This document shows, one piece after another, positions 1-15,011 of a stretch of DNA of 64,000 nucleotides. Source of the DNA: the human T2T-CHM13v2.0 reference genome, Homo sapiens. Position 1 is the stretch's first letter, and each line of letters opens with the position of its first letter. The position numbers and the translations under genes are program-made. The notes beneath the pieces are model-generated. The model did no database searches, was not told the origin of the DNA, and saw nothing but the letters and a program-made list of their open reading frames with translations. Location of the stretch: the NCBI RefSeq assembly GCF_009914755.1, contig NC_060928.1; one strand, 5' to 3'.

Positions 1-268
1 ACTCTGTCTCAAAAAAAATAAAAATAAATAACAATAGTTACTGTACTGTGCTACTGGATAACAGATCTTATTCGTTCTATCTATTAATGAACTATTTTTA
101 TAACGCACAAATTAACCACTGTGATATGGGGATCATTTGAAAATCTGTTTTCACATCATTTCAGTGTATGGATATATCTGACATTTTATCATGTACAGTT
201 TTTTAAATATTCAATCAAAAATCGAGAACCTTGCTCTTGCACCCTATAGTCAACTGCTTTGTACTCAC

Positions 269-349
269 TTTGTTTCCTAAGTGAGTGATCTTCAGAATTC
301 CATCTTGCCACACTTTTGACTTCTTCATCTTTTGATGAGTATATAGAAC
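269..349 (-). CDS. ZGRF1: ZGRF1 coding exon (exon 3), VLYTHQKMKKSKVWQDGILKITHLGNK
   Basis: The reverse complement gives 27 codons between an AG acceptor (351-350) and a GTGAGT donor (268-263). It continues MESQEFI in phase 0 and matches the ZGRF1 N-terminus as I recall it. Confidence 0.93.
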
Positions 350-554
350 CTTATTTCCAAAAATACAAAAGAAATGGTTTCCATTTATATATATTTAATG
401 TTATGTATTTTATATATCCTTCCTACATACAAAATATATTTAAGGCACCTTTCATCAAAAAAAGGCACATACACCCATATCAATTTTTTAAATTTTAAAA
501 ACAAAAGCACAGATAGCATGACAATAACATTAAATATTAATTAAATGAAATAAA

Positions 555-660
555 TAAGGGAAGGAAGGGAGAGAGAGAAGGAGAGGGAGGGAATAGGGGA
601 GGAAATGGCAGGAGAAGGAAGAAAGGAGAGGAGAAATCCAAGGAAGAAACAAAAAAGATA
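555..660 (+). repeat. GA-rich low complexity
   Basis: Purine-rich GGAA/GAGA runs. Confidence 0.75.
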
Positions 661-743
661 AATGAGCATTGAAAGTAATTTGAGCTCCCTAGTCATCAAT
701 TGGAAGGGAAAAAAATTACTGGATTACACAGTACTAATAATCT

Positions 744-1115
744 GTGCAGTTCTCAAAGTTTGGTCCAGAGACTCCTGGAGGTCTCCAAGACCTTTACAGG
801 TATCTGTGAGGTCAAAACTATTTTCATGATGCTGTCTTTTCATCCTCACTCCTTCAGGGGTGCAGAATGAAGTTTCCCAGGATTATGTATATGCAATATT
901 GTAAGATTCAATTGCAATCTGAATGTAGAAGAAACAAATATGAGAATCCAGTTGTCTTCCATTAAGCCAAATCATAAATACTTTTTACATTTCTGCTTTA
1001 ACTTCTAATATGAAAAACATCAATAGACGTAAGACCCTATATACACAAGTTATTTGGGGTCAATAATTTTCTAAGTGTTAAAGAGTCCCGAGACCAAATA
1101 GTGTGAGAACTGCTG
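744..1115. mobile_element. hAT-Charlie DNA transposon (Charlie4a-like)
   Basis: GCAGTTCTCAAAGT..GGTCC start, GAGGTCAAAACTATTTTCAT internal motif, TGAGAACTGC inverted end. Confidence 0.7.
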
Positions 1116-1211
1116 ATCTATACAGAAGACGGATGCCAGTTCTTCAAGAGAAAGAAATTGTTTCCCGGTCTCACACTTTCAAAGATTATGTTACAAAGGA
1201 CTTTGTCTAAT

Positions 1212-1243
1212 ACTTGATCTTAGCCAAAAGGCTGAAAAGTGAT
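1212..1243 (-). pseudogene. U2 snRNA 5' fragment (nt 1-32)
   Basis: Reverse complement ATCACTTTTCAGCCTTTTGGCTAAGATCAAGT matches the U2 5' end at 29/32; two mismatches are CpG decay. Confidence 0.85.
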
Positions 1244-1280
1244 GATTTTGTGTAACAAATATGAATAGTAGGTAACAGAT

Positions 1281-1410
1281 AGGGTTACCAGATAAAATAC
1301 TGTGCAATATTTGGGATCCTAATGCTAAAAAAGGTATGCATTGTTTATTTGAAATTCAAATTTAACTGAGTAGCCTGTTTTTTGTTTTGTTTTTGCTAAA
1401 TCTGGCAACA
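1281..1410. mobile_element. MER53-like hAT MITE
   Basis: AGGGTT.CCAGATAAAATAC ... GCTAAATCTGGCAAC termini. Confidence 0.75.
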
Positions 1411-1494
1411 CAGCAAGATGTTTGTGAAACGCCTTTAAAAGAAAGAGACAGAGGAAGGGAATTTCACCAAACTGTGAAAAATGGTAAAACTTAC

Positions 1495-1515
1495 AATAAA
1501 TTCTTGGCTTTCCAT
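1495..1515 (-). CDS. ZGRF1: ZGRF1 start-codon exon (exon 2 spans 1495-1581); coding part MESQEFI
   Basis: ATG GAA AGC CAA GAA TTT ATT followed by a GTAAGT donor; TTTTAG acceptor at 1583-1582. Confidence 0.92.
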
Positions 1516-2196
1516 TATTTCTTCTGAAGTTATAAACCAGCTGGGTCCAGAAAATAGGAAATATTCAACTATTTATACCACCTAAAATTAAAAATGACAT
1601 AAAATTTCAACCCTGATTTTTAAAAAATATCAAATATAATTTTTCTCAATAAACTCCCAACCACAGACATGAATCAAGGAGTTCCAAGATTACCTAACTA
1701 CCAAGGGAAACAGAGGTGTAATTATCTATCACTGAGGACACAGTAAAAGTGATACCATGCTGTGAAACAAGCATTTTTTCATAAGTAAAGAAAAAACTAA
1801 GTAAAATACATAAATTAACTTGTAGTCTGCATTTTTCCAGATGCATAATATGTATCAGAAAACACGAATTTGTCCTCCACATGTTTGGTTCCCTATAGCG
1901 CAAATTCAATTTTTAAAGTTTTCTGAATTGCTACGGTTACCACAAGATGGCCCCCTTGTGTTTTAAATTTTTCCTTTCACTTCTTAGCATCAATATACCA
2001 CAGTATCTAGGACCAATTACATAGTACCTCTACAAGGAAAAATCTTTCCAACACTGTTGCAACAGTTACTGTAGTTGTTATGCTATTGGATAAAACTGTT
2101 TTTGTGGGCAAATTTGGAAATCTAAAATCACTGATGGTGATCCCTGAAGAAGTAAACAGAAATGCCAAAGAAACATACTTTCTTTTTTTTCCCCTA

Positions 2197-2355
2197 AGGT
2201 GGTTCTCAAGATGTGACCCCTGGACCAACAGTATCATCTGGGAACTAGTAAGAAATGACCTATTAAGTCAGAAAGTCTGGGGTTGGGGGCCCAGCAGTCT
2301 GTGTTTTAAGAAGCCCTCCAAGTGATGCTGATGGACACTCAAGTTTGAGAATACA
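2197..2355. mobile_element. MER5A
   Basis: GGTTCTCAA..TGTG, CTGGGAACT.GT.AGAAATG, CTGTGTTTTAA.AAGCCCTCCA.GTGAT.CTGATG, AAGTTTGAGAA. Confidence 0.8.
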
Positions 2356-2726
2356 GATCTAAAAGACCTAGAAGGATTCAATAAAGCTGTAATTGTGATT
2401 TCAGTTCCTCTTTTAGACATATAAAATATGCCACTTACATATTATTTATAAGTTACATATATTTATTCAGTACTTACTATTGTGCCAGATATTATGCTAA
2501 AGTATTTAAATGGAAACTCTATCCTCCATCTGAAGGAATTTCAGTATGGCGGGGTGATAAACAGTAATTTTAATAAAATAAGGCAGGAATAAGCACAGCA
2601 GGGGCACCCAGCTTGGTGTGGATCATCAAACAAGGCTTCTTCAAGGAAGTAAAGTCTAAGCTGTAAGCTGAAATAACCCTTAGTCAAGGGAAGGCCAGTG
2701 AAGGTCTTCCCAAACAAGAATTGCAG

Positions 2727-3057
<331 letters not shown>

Positions 3058-3188
3058 CTAATCAAGGTGATCTGGAGAAAGAATAGGTAAGGGGTATGCA
3101 AATGAGATATGCATACTTGCTTCGTGACACAGGTCACAGGACAGAAACCAAACCTACAGAAGGACTGCCTTTCAGAAATATAACTCCT

Positions 3189-3675
<487 letters not shown>

Positions 3676-3774
3676 TTAATAGCTACCATTTATTCAGTGC
3701 TACCATATGCTAGAAACTGTTAAATGCTTTATTTGGAGGTTTTGTTTCTGTTGGCTTTTTAACTTTTCTTTTTC

Positions 3775-3902
3775 TTTTACAGAGACAGGGTCTCACTCTG
3801 TCACCTAGGCTGGAGTGCAGTGTTGCAATCATAGCTCGCTGTGGCCTCAAACTCCTGGGCTCAAGCAATCCTTCCAGCCTCCCAAAGTGCTATATTATAA
3901 AC
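3775..3902 (-). mobile_element. FLAM/Alu monomer
   Basis: Antisense monomer motifs. Confidence 0.75.
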
Positions 3903-4040
3903 ATTATATACATTATATTGTTAATTATATACATTATAATTATTATGTAATTATATAATATATAACTATATTACTGTATTATGTAATATACAATTATATG
4001 ATTATCGTGTGTAATTATATATATTTATTGATTACATACT
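3900..4040. repeat. AT-rich (ATT/TAT)n low complexity
   Basis: Direct reading. Confidence 0.75.
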
Positions 4041-5189
4041 ATGTATCAGGCAGGAATTGGACGAGATACTTTACATACAGTATTTATCAGTCTCATAATC
4101 CTGAAGAATAAGCATTATTACAATTTACAGATTAGGAACCCAGTATTTACTAGTTTAGGATAACTTATATGCTATTTCACAATTGCAAGATAAATTCTCC
4201 ATTATTTTCCTAAATTGAGATATTACTTCTGGAATGTACAGTTTAAAAAGAACTAAGAAGACTGAAACTCTTAAAGGATGGTTAAATTCGATTATAGGAG
4301 AAAACCTAAAAAAAAAAAGCTAACTGGATCTTTTAAAATTTAGAAGAGCTCTAATACTTATTCATTGAAAGTCAACACCCTTTCTTATCTTAGTATTAAT
4401 CAGAAAAAATTATTTTAGACAACAGCATCATATATATTTAAGTGAGATGCAAAGAGTTTTTTCCAAGTGTTCATCTGTCCACGTCTACCAGACAATTCAC
4501 CTGTTGACCGACTTCTAATAGGTGAAAGATTAATCTCCAAATAAGTTTTTAAAGACCCCAGATGCTCTGTGATAATTATATACATACATACATACACACA
4601 GATATACGTACATACACACATATACATACATATACATTGTGCTACTATATGTACGGACGCAATATATATACATAAAACTCGGTGTTCTCAGTAAAGTATG
4701 AGCCATTATTCATTTAAATACTAGATATTTTTCCTTTTTTTTTAAACAAGGAGTATTTTTTGAACCTAAACCTGAACCTCTAAATAGTTCGGATAACAAA
4801 GTTTTGGAATCATGAACTCAACATTGTTAACAAACCATCCAGTCCAAATAAACAAAGGAAACCCACATCTCATTTGCCAAGATTCTAAGAACCATAATCC
4901 TGTCACCAAATGACAATGGAGACTTGATCCTTTCTCAGTCCTAAATACAAACAGCAAAGCCCTCTTTGGTCCTCATACCTACTCGAAATTGCAAAGCAAG
5001 GCCTGGGAAAAACGGTGAAGAGGCACCACTTACTACAAGCAGTCCGAGTAGCTGTGACTGCGACCACCCCAATCCTGGTTCCAAACAGCATCCTTCCCGG
5101 TTCTCTTCTTAAGGAGCAGAGTCTTTCGTCCCTTCGCCCCAAATCGCTCAAGTCATTCCTAGGAAATCCCGAGAAACACTTCACCTCAC

Positions 5190-5335
5190 CTGTCAAATTG
5201 CACAAAATCCACTTTCGAATTTCTCCCGCGAAACAACGTGACGTCATTAACGCGGGACCTCACCAGATGAGGACCCAAAACTTGGCCCGCCCACCTCCGC
5301 CTAAGCCAAAAACCGCCGCTTTCAAATCGCCAATC
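5190..5335 (-). other. ZGRF1: ZGRF1 non-coding exon 1 (TSS approximate)
   Basis: CAG|GTGAGG donor at 5190/5189 inside the CpG island. An alternative CTG|GTGAGG donor lies near 5263. Confidence 0.6.
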
Positions 5336-5449
5336 AAATTCTTCCTTGGCTTCGAGTCTCTCAGCCGGCCGCGCTCTCCGATGCCCAGCCCTCCTGGAAC
5401 CACCTCGCCTGTGACGTAGGTGGAGCGCGCACTGCCTCCGGGCCCGTCT

Positions 5450-5578
5450 TTCTCAATTGGGACCGGAAAACGTTGTCGCTCATCCTATGACGCGAAAGTA
5501 ACCGAGACTATCAGGATCCGGAGACGGAAATGTCCGAAGGCCGCAGTACTTGACCCTGTATTTTGGGAGTCGAACGGA
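5450..5578 (+). other. LARP7: LARP7 non-coding first exon 1a
   Basis: Ends at a GGA|GTAAGT donor (5579); start approximate. Confidence 0.75.
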
Positions 5579-5849
5579 GTAAGTTACAAGCGGCCTATAG
5601 GGTCGCACAGCTTGGGCGAAGTCTAATTAACTCTCCGTCCTTTTTCTTGCGGTCCACTCTATCATCTATCGTCCTTCTTACCCCGCCCCCCCGTCCTGCA
5701 CACCCATCAGTTCCTTGGCCTAGTTATCTATGCGCACGCGCAAAAGTCTTCGGCAGCACTTGTAGTTCCCGTTTTCAGACAGTAAGGGCGCATAGGGGCC
5801 CGGCGTGGGGAGGTTTGGGGCGCGCCCGGCCTATGACGGCGTCCTTGCG

Positions 5850-5942
5850 GAAGTACGGGTGCCGAGAGAAGCAGTAGTCAATAAAGAGAGTGCCGTATTT
5901 CGCAGATTGGAGCTGAGCTGTGGCTGCCAGAAGATAGCGAAC
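5850..5942 (+). other. LARP7: LARP7 alternative non-coding first exon 1b
   Basis: Follows NRF1/ETS motifs and ends at an AAC|GTGAGG donor (5943); start approximate. Confidence 0.6.
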
Positions 5943-6339
5943 GTGAGGATTTATATTCTAAAATTATCATCTTCTTTTGCAGGACTCTGCCATCGTCCTC
6001 AAAGAGTAAAAAATCCAGTTACGGAAGGGAACTAACACTTGCTAGATATGGTGTGCAGAGTGCGTTTGCAAAGAAACTTAAGAGAAAACAAATGATAGGA
6101 CACAGGGTGGTGGAAGATCTCAAAGAGTAAGATGCCATTTAACCTGGGCCTTGAAAATTTAATAAGGAAATTTAGACGAGAAGATTCAGACAAAGCAGAA
6201 CACACAGGCCACTACGTGTTGAGGGACTTGAGTTGTAAGCAGTGACCAGAACAATGATTCTTAACCTGTTGTGGCACACTTCTTTTGAAAACTTAATTAT
6301 ATGGATTAGCTTCTCAGGAAAACGTGCATGTACCTATTA

Positions 6340-6643
<304 letters not shown>

Positions 6644-6953
6644 ATTTTTCATATAATTTCCTCAGGAGAAATTACGAAATACTTTTAAATAGCAAACACA
6701 CACAAATGACTTGGTGTCTTGTCTGACTCACTCTTCCAAGTTATCTATGTCTTTCGTGGTCTTTGAACTATTTTTCAACCCTGTAACTCGCTACAGCAAC
6801 ATGGAAATTAGGTTTGTCCAGTAAAGATGCAATTAATTATTGTCCTGAGCAGTATTTATTAATATTCATTTCAACGTTCCTGATTGCCTGTGTACCTGCT
6901 TTTTAAATTCTCCTTTGAACTGGTTTTTAGCACTTAACTGGTTCCCTTATTTA

Positions 6954-7143
6954 CAGTCAAGCACCACATACCGACAGACCGCATGTATGACAGTGGTCCC
7001 ATAAGATTATAGGTGAGTAATAGGCAATAGTACCTAGGTTTGTGTGAATACATCATAGAATAACTACATACTCAATGATGTACTTACTCACCTGACTGTG
7101 CATTTCTCAGAATGTGTCCTTGTCGTTAAGCAACCCATGACTG
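6954..7143. mobile_element. Tigger3/Golem internally deleted derivative
   Basis: TA|CAGTCA...GACCGCAT.TA.GAC.GTGGTCCCATAAGATTATA start and GTCGTTAAGC.AC.CATGACTG end. Confidence 0.75.
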
Positions 7144-7540
7144 TGCTTAAATCTTTACCGTGTATTCATTTTATATTTGTACAAGAGTCTTGATTTTACC
7201 TTATCTTTAAAATGTATCATTTACAATTTAATGGAGCCCACTAGAATTCTTGTCCAGCCAAAGTTGCATGGACTTCAGATTAAGAATTCCTGAGTCAGAA
7301 CATAGAGTCCGTGGTGATAAATTGCGGGAAATTCTACCAAAAGGTAGACAATGTGGGATCAAACATACCTGGGACAACTTACTTAGCTAGCTTTGGCCAA
7401 GTCACTTAAACCTTTTTGAGTTTTTGTGTTAAGATGGAAGAAACTGCTACCTAGTGGGATTGTGAGGATTTACAAAAGTGTATATAAAGTTACTGGTATT
7501 GTTACCCAATAACTTTTATTCTTCATTTAAAGCCAGTTAA

Positions 7541-7868
<328 letters not shown>

Positions 7869-8154
7869 AAGTGTTACTTTTTTTTTTTAAAACAGTGTTT
7901 TCATAAACTGCATATTATGTTACGGGAAGGTGCTAAGGAATTTCTAATGTTGCAAGTTTTGACAGAAGCATCACAAAACCAGGTCTGTGTTTTAGATGGG
8001 TTATACATAGGCTCCTGTTGAGAATGGGTGACTTACAGAACAGTTTATAAACTATTGGCATATTCTAGTGACAGTTGTAGCAGTAGTTGTAGAAAACACT
8101 GGATGGAGATGAGAGCCATTTCAAAAGTCAAACTGATAGGATTTAACAAGAGAT

Positions 8155-8647
<493 letters not shown>

Positions 8648-8758
8648 TAAATTTGTTTTTTTATTCAACAGATACTTAGGTACTGATGAAGTTAAAGTTC
8701 CTGCCTTCATAGTGTCTACATTCTGGTGGGATAGGTAGACAATAAAATTAAAATTCCA

Positions 8759-9060
8759 GGCCGGCCATGGTAGCTCACACCTGTAATCTCAGCACTTTGA
8801 GAGGCCCAAATGGGCAGATCACTTGAGGTCAGGAGTTTGAGACCAGCCTGGCCAAAATGATGAAACCGCATCTCTACTGAAAACAAAAATTAGCAGGGTG
8901 TGGTGACAGCTGCCTGTAATCCCAGCTACTTAGGAGGCTGAGGCAGGAGAATCACTTGAACCTGTGAGGCAGAAGTTGTAGTGAGCCAAGATTGTGCCAC
9001 TGCAGTCCAGGCTGCACAACAGACTCCATCTCAATAAATAATTAAAAATAAAAAATAAAG
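8759..9060 (+). mobile_element. AluS
   Basis: Dimer; TSD AATTCCAGG. Confidence 0.9.
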
Positions 9061-9457
9061 TTATAATTCCAGGTAGTGACAACAAGATACAAGAATAAAA
9101 AATAGTGACTGAGGCAGTGGACGGAGTTAAGGTCAGCAGGGAGGGAATATTTTAGATTGAGCGGAAAGAGGTAAGTCTCTCTAAGAAGTGACATTTGCAG
9201 AGACCTAAGTGAACAAGGAAGTAATTCATACAGATACGGTAAGGAAGGTAAAGGGAGCAACAAGGGCAAAGGCCCTGAAGTGGGAATGGCTTTAGCATGT
9301 TTAAAGAACGAAAAGATGGTTGTTATGTTTGGACTGAGCCTGTTGGCAAGAATTGTGATAGATGAAATTAGAGAGATCCCCAGGCCAGATTATTTAAGAT
9401 CCAGTCAACCACAGTAAGGTTTTTGGACTTTATTTTGAGTGTGATAAGAAACCTCTG

Positions 9458-9743
9458 AGCTGGGCGCGGTGGCTCACACCTGTAATCCTAGCACTTCGGG
9501 AGGCCAAGGCAGGCAGATCACCTGAGGTCAGGTGGCCAACATGATGAAACCCCGTCTCTACTAAAAATACAAAAAAAAATTAGCCAGGCGTGGTGGCACA
9601 TGCCTATAGTCCCAGCTACTTGGGAGTTAAGGCAGGAGAATCTCTTGAACCCAGAGGGGGAGGTTGCAGTGAGCCGAGATCGCGCCACTGCACTCCAGCC
9701 TGGGTGACAGAGTGAGACTCCGTCTCAGGGAAAAAAAAAAAAA
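9458..9743 (+). mobile_element. AluS
   Basis: Dimer with a small left-arm deletion; TSD AAGAAACCT.TG. Confidence 0.9.
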
Positions 9744-11369
9744 GAAACCTTTGGAGGAGTTTGTGTAAGGAATTGGCATGATCTGATTTACGTATTTAAA
9801 TGGTAATTCTATCTGGAGAATCGATTATAAGGGAAGAAGATTAGAAGCAGGCAGACTAGTAATAAAGTTCTTGTAGTTGTTCAGACAACGCAGTAGTAGC
9901 TTGGACCAGGTGCTTATGATGGAGGAAATGAGAATTATTCATATTTGGGATATATTTTAAAGTTAGAGCTAACAGAAATACTGATGAGTTGACCATGAGG
10001 TGTAAGGAAAAGGGAAATTAAGAATGATTTTAAGGCTTTTGCCTTTTCAGCAATTTTGTAATTGGTGTTTCTGAGATAGGGAAAATTGGTGGGAGGGGAT
10101 TGTTAGCACTAGAGAGTCCTATTTTCACCATGTTAATTTTGAGATATCCTTTAGATAAACTAGTGGAGGTGTCAGGTGGACAGTTGAATATTGGAATGGG
10201 GAGCTAATGGGAGAAGATAGATTTGTAAAGCATCAGCATAAAGCCAATGAGCTTAAAGCCAGGATCCTCAGAAAGAATGAGTGTGTAAATGAGAAGGAAG
10301 CCCAGGACTGAGTCCAATTTAGGCATCATGTAAAGGTGTAGGGCACAGTGGGAGAGGTAGGGTGAAAGGAAATTGAGAAACTGAGATTGCAAAAGGGAAT
10401 TGAAAAGGAAGAAGACTCGTTTGGAAGCTATATGAAGAAAATATTTTCAAGGAGGGAGTTACCAACTGCATTTGCTGCTGAGAGGTCAAGTAGACAGTGG
10501 AGCACATTGAGGAGCTTGTTTGCAGTTTCTCTAGAATGGTGATGAGGAAAACCTGACAGGATGGGTTGAAGTAAGAGCATGAGGTGAAGAACATGGTTGT
10601 GTGGTACTCAATGACACCTCATTGTTTTTCTATTATTAATTCTGACCTATAGTTGTGTTTTATGTCTTAAGCTAGCATCACCTAAATATATCATTACTTG
10701 TAAAATTTCAAAATTGGTACTTGATTGATCTACTGAAACCTAAAATGCCAAAATGTACTTCTGTTGAGTTTGATGAGAATGCATGTTTAGTTGGAGATTT
10801 GAGGTGAAATGCATTAAGGGCTTTGTACCCTCTTACTGGATATCACTTTGAAACACATTATCTATTTCTGTTACTATCAGCAGCATCACTGTAGCAGTTA
10901 GAGATTCTAACCAGCAGTCAGACTCAAGAGATGCAAATACTGCTTACCAAAGAAGAGTCAAGGCAAAAGATAGGGTAGATGCAGCTTCTTCATCCCACCA
11001 GAGGCCACCAAGCCATTTACCCATATCTAGCAATTACCCAAATTCACTACTTTTTTCTCCCATTTACCCACAACAGGCATGTATGCCTTCCCTAGATAAG
11101 GACCATGGTGTATTTAGGACACTTTGACACGTGAAAGCTTTAACCTCTTTTGCCTATCAATCTGTTGTTCTGGTCACGTAGGCATAAGGCCTCCATGCCA
11201 TCTAATAGCTGCTCCAAACCAGGTGCAACATGGGAAACAGATACAACACCCCCATTAGTCTCTCCAGTTTCCAAGAAGACTGTATTATAGGAGACTGAGG
11301 TTATTCTCAAGCAGCCTGTATTATCCCAGGCCTGATATTAATCCTTTGCTCCTATACCACTAGTGATTC

Positions 11370-11830
11370 AATTCATTCAACAAAATCGAGGCACAATTTA
11401 TTCAACACATTTTTAAGTGACTGTATGGCAGGGACTGACAATATATCAGTAAACAAACAAAAATCTCTGATTTCATTGATCTTACCATCTAGGAAGGATA
11501 AACAACAAAGAAATAAATTGCATAGTGGTGATAGTAATGTTAGAAGATGATAAATGCTATGAACAAAAATAAGGCAGGGGAGTTACTGTGTATGTATCCA
11601 GAAATTTGCATTATTAAATATGATTGTGGGAGGGGACCGCACTGAGGTGACATTTAAATAAACACTTGAAGTAGGAGAGCAAGCTGTGTTATCTCTGGGG
11701 ATATGTGTTTCAAAGAGAACAGGTTTAAAAGACCCCGTTAGACATTGCTGGGTGAGCTTCAAGAAGTGCAAGGACTGTATGGCTGGAGCTGACAAAGCAA
11801 AGGGGAAGAGATACTGAAAGTAACTTGAGG
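11370..11830 (-). mobile_element. L2 fragment
   Basis: ATTCATTCAACA end, AAATGCTATGAA.AAAAATAAGGCAGG, GAGGTGACATTT. Confidence 0.6.
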
Positions 11831-11904
11831 AAGGAGGGGGTTAGAAATTGCTGCCCAAGAAATAAACACTGGGATGAGAAGGCCACTTGAAAAGGCTGAT
11901 TTAT

Positions 11905-12226
11905 GGCTGGGCGCGGTGGCTCACACCTATAATCCCAGCACTTTGGGAGGCTGAGGCTGGCGAATCACCTGAGGTCAGGAGTTCGAGACCAGCCTGGCCA
12001 ACATGGTGAAACTCTGTCTCTACTAAAAATACAAAAATTAGCCGGGTGTGATTGGCAGTGGTGCCTGTATTCCCAGCTACTTGGGAGGCTGAGGCAGGGA
12101 GAATCGCTTGAACCCAGGAGGCAGAGCTTGCAGTAAGCTGAGATCATGCCACTGCACTCCAGCCTGGGCAACAGAGGAAGACTGCCTCAAAGAAAAGAGA
12201 AGAGAAGAAGAAAGAGAAGAGAGAAG
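11905..12226 (+). mobile_element. AluS with a (GAAGA)n tail
   Basis: Dimer; TSD AGGCTGATTT. Confidence 0.9.
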
Positions 12227-12300
12227 AGGCTGATTTCTACAGCTTACCAGTTGAATTCTGCCCCTAGAAAGCAGAAATTAACATTTTAAAAATCAAAATT

Positions 12301-12759
<459 letters not shown>

Positions 12760-12808
12760 CTAGGATAATCTGGCCCTGTGTTTTAAAAGGTACAAAGAAA
12801 CTAAAGCT

Positions 12809-12827
12809 ATGATCCCTAACATAGAAG
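12809..12827 (+). CDS. LARP7: LARP7 optional upstream exon (12764-12827) encoding the N-terminal extension MIPNIEG
   Basis: TTCTAG acceptor at 12763, ATG at 12809, AAG|GTAAAT donor. The last G joins GA of exon 2, giving Gly in frame with the ATG at 13009. Confidence 0.75.
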
Positions 12828-12999
12828 GTAAATTATTTTTAAATTTAATTTATTAAATATAAAAATGAATGTTCTTTCTGTTTGTCTTCTGATGGCCAAA
12901 TGTGAGTCCATTATTCTCTCAGACAGTTAAAGGCTAATCTAAATATTTAACTATATTAGCTATTGTGGTGATTTAAATATTTACATCTTTTTCTTGTAA

Positions 13000-13257
<258 letters not shown>

Positions 13258-13272
13258 TAAATTTACTTATAA

Positions 13273-13584
<312 letters not shown>

Positions 13585-13854
13585 TAAAATAGTATATTCT
13601 ATAATGTGTATATTCGTTTCTGTAAGTGTGTTCCGTGTAATCTGTTCTAATTTTTATTTAGTGAATGACAATCTTCTAAATAAAGACTGTTGGTAACAGT
13701 TTAGGCTATATTAAATAAGCAATTTCAAATCAAAGCTTTTAAGTATTTTGGGATTTAATTGCTTCAATAACCATTCATCATGTGTAACTCGAGAGTGCTA
13801 TACTTTAGTTCATACAAGAAGGCATTTCACCTAGCTCAATGTTATTTTTTGTTT

Positions 13855-14605
13855 CATTTTTTTGAGGCAAGGTCTATCTTTTTTCCCTAGGCAGGAATGC
13901 ACTGGCTCCATGTCTGCTCACTCCAACTTCTGCCCCCACCTCCACCCCCTCAGCCCCACCCAAGCGATCCTCCATCAGCCTCCCCAGTAGCTGAGAACAC
14001 AGGCAAGCATCACCAGGCCGGCTTTTTTTTCTGGCATTTTTAAGAGATATGGGGTCCCACCATGTTGCCCAGGCTGGTCTTGAGCTCCTGAGCTCAAGAG
14101 ATTTACCTTCACCCCTGAATTGCTGAGATAAGAAGCATTGAGCCACCATCCCCAGTTGCTAAATTTCAAATAGCCAACCTTGTGCTTGTTTCTAATAGGA
14201 TGGGATCCAGATGTCCTCTTTGAATGTCTGGGTATTGCTAATAATTTGTGTTCAAATCTTAATCTGCAGTTACATACACTAAAATGTGTCATTTTAGGTC
14301 GCCAAATATGCAATGCCATTTAGACCCTCATACAGTTTTTTTTTGTTTGTTTTGTTTGAGTCTCTTTCTCCCAGGCTGGAGTGATCTCAGCTCACTGCAA
14401 CCTCTGCCTCCTGGGTTCAAGCGATTCTCCTACCTCACTCTCGAGTAGCTGGGATTACAGGCGTGCACCACTACACCCAGCTAATTCTTTGTATTTTTAG
14501 TAGAGATGGGGTTTCACTATGTTGGCCAGGCTGGTCTTGAACTCCCCCATCCACCCGCCTTGGCCTCCCAAAGTACTAGGATTACAGGCATGAGCCACCG
14601 AGCCT
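13855..14605 (-). mobile_element. Two antisense Alus (AluJ-like 13855-14153; AluS 14335-14605)
   Basis: Antisense Alu motifs. Confidence 0.85.
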
Positions 14606-14690
14606 GAGGGCCTGAGGGGCAGGTTAAATTGTACCAAATTGAATTAATCCTGCTGATACACTAACATATTAACTTTTTCATTTTCTTTAG

Positions 14691-14791
14691 ATGTTGATAT
14701 ATCACTACTTGTGTCTTTTAACAAAATGAAAAAATTGACTACTGATGGGAAGTTAATTGCCAGAGCATTGAGAAGTTCAGCTGTTGTAGAG
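14691..14791 (+). CDS. LARP7: LARP7 exon 3 (La motif)
   Basis: [33 protein letters not shown]; AG/GT boundaries; 101 nt. Confidence 0.96.
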
Positions 14792-14927
14792 GTAAGAATC
14801 AAGAATAACTACTGTTTATATTTATAGTTTATAATTATAAAGAATGTTAACGTAATGATTATTATATGATTATAGCTTACAATTATAAATAATATTAGTT
14901 TTATTAATGTAATATACTATTTTAAAG

Positions 14928-15011
14928 CTTGATTTGGAAGGCACCAGAATCCGGAGGAAAAAACCTCTGGGGGAAAGACCAAAGGATGAGGATGAACGCA
15001 CAGTGTATGTG
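14928..15011 (+). CDS. LARP7: LARP7 exon 4
   Basis: [28 protein letters not shown]; 84 nt; AG/GT. Confidence 0.96.

Larger units (their letters stand above)
5000..5960. promoter_or_regulatory. CpG-island bidirectional promoter for ZGRF1 and LARP7
   Basis: CpG-rich. Motifs: CRE TGACGTCA 5239-5246, E2F-like TTTCGCGGG (minus, 5225-5233), CHR TTTGAA (minus, 5321-5326), CCAAT 5330-5334, NRF1 TGCGCACGCGCA 5731-5742, partial ZNF143-type GAACTACAA (minus, about 5759-5770), ETS GCGGAAGT 5847-5854. Confidence 0.88.
8660..10600 (-). mobile_element. Degraded L2 LINE interrupted by Alus
   Basis: GTGACATTTG.AGAGACCT, CAAAGGCCCTGA.GTGGGAA, GCATGATCTGATTTA motifs. Confidence 0.6.

Noticed and set aside
4415-4985. 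Possible extra ZGRF1 5'UTR exons (minus donors near 4500 and 4978)
   Set aside because: Donor-like motifs only, with no convincing paired acceptor or other support from the sequence.
5015-6035. Chain of ORFs across the CpG island
   Set aside because: GC-rich, stop-poor promoter sequence with no recognisable protein, mostly non-ATG starts.
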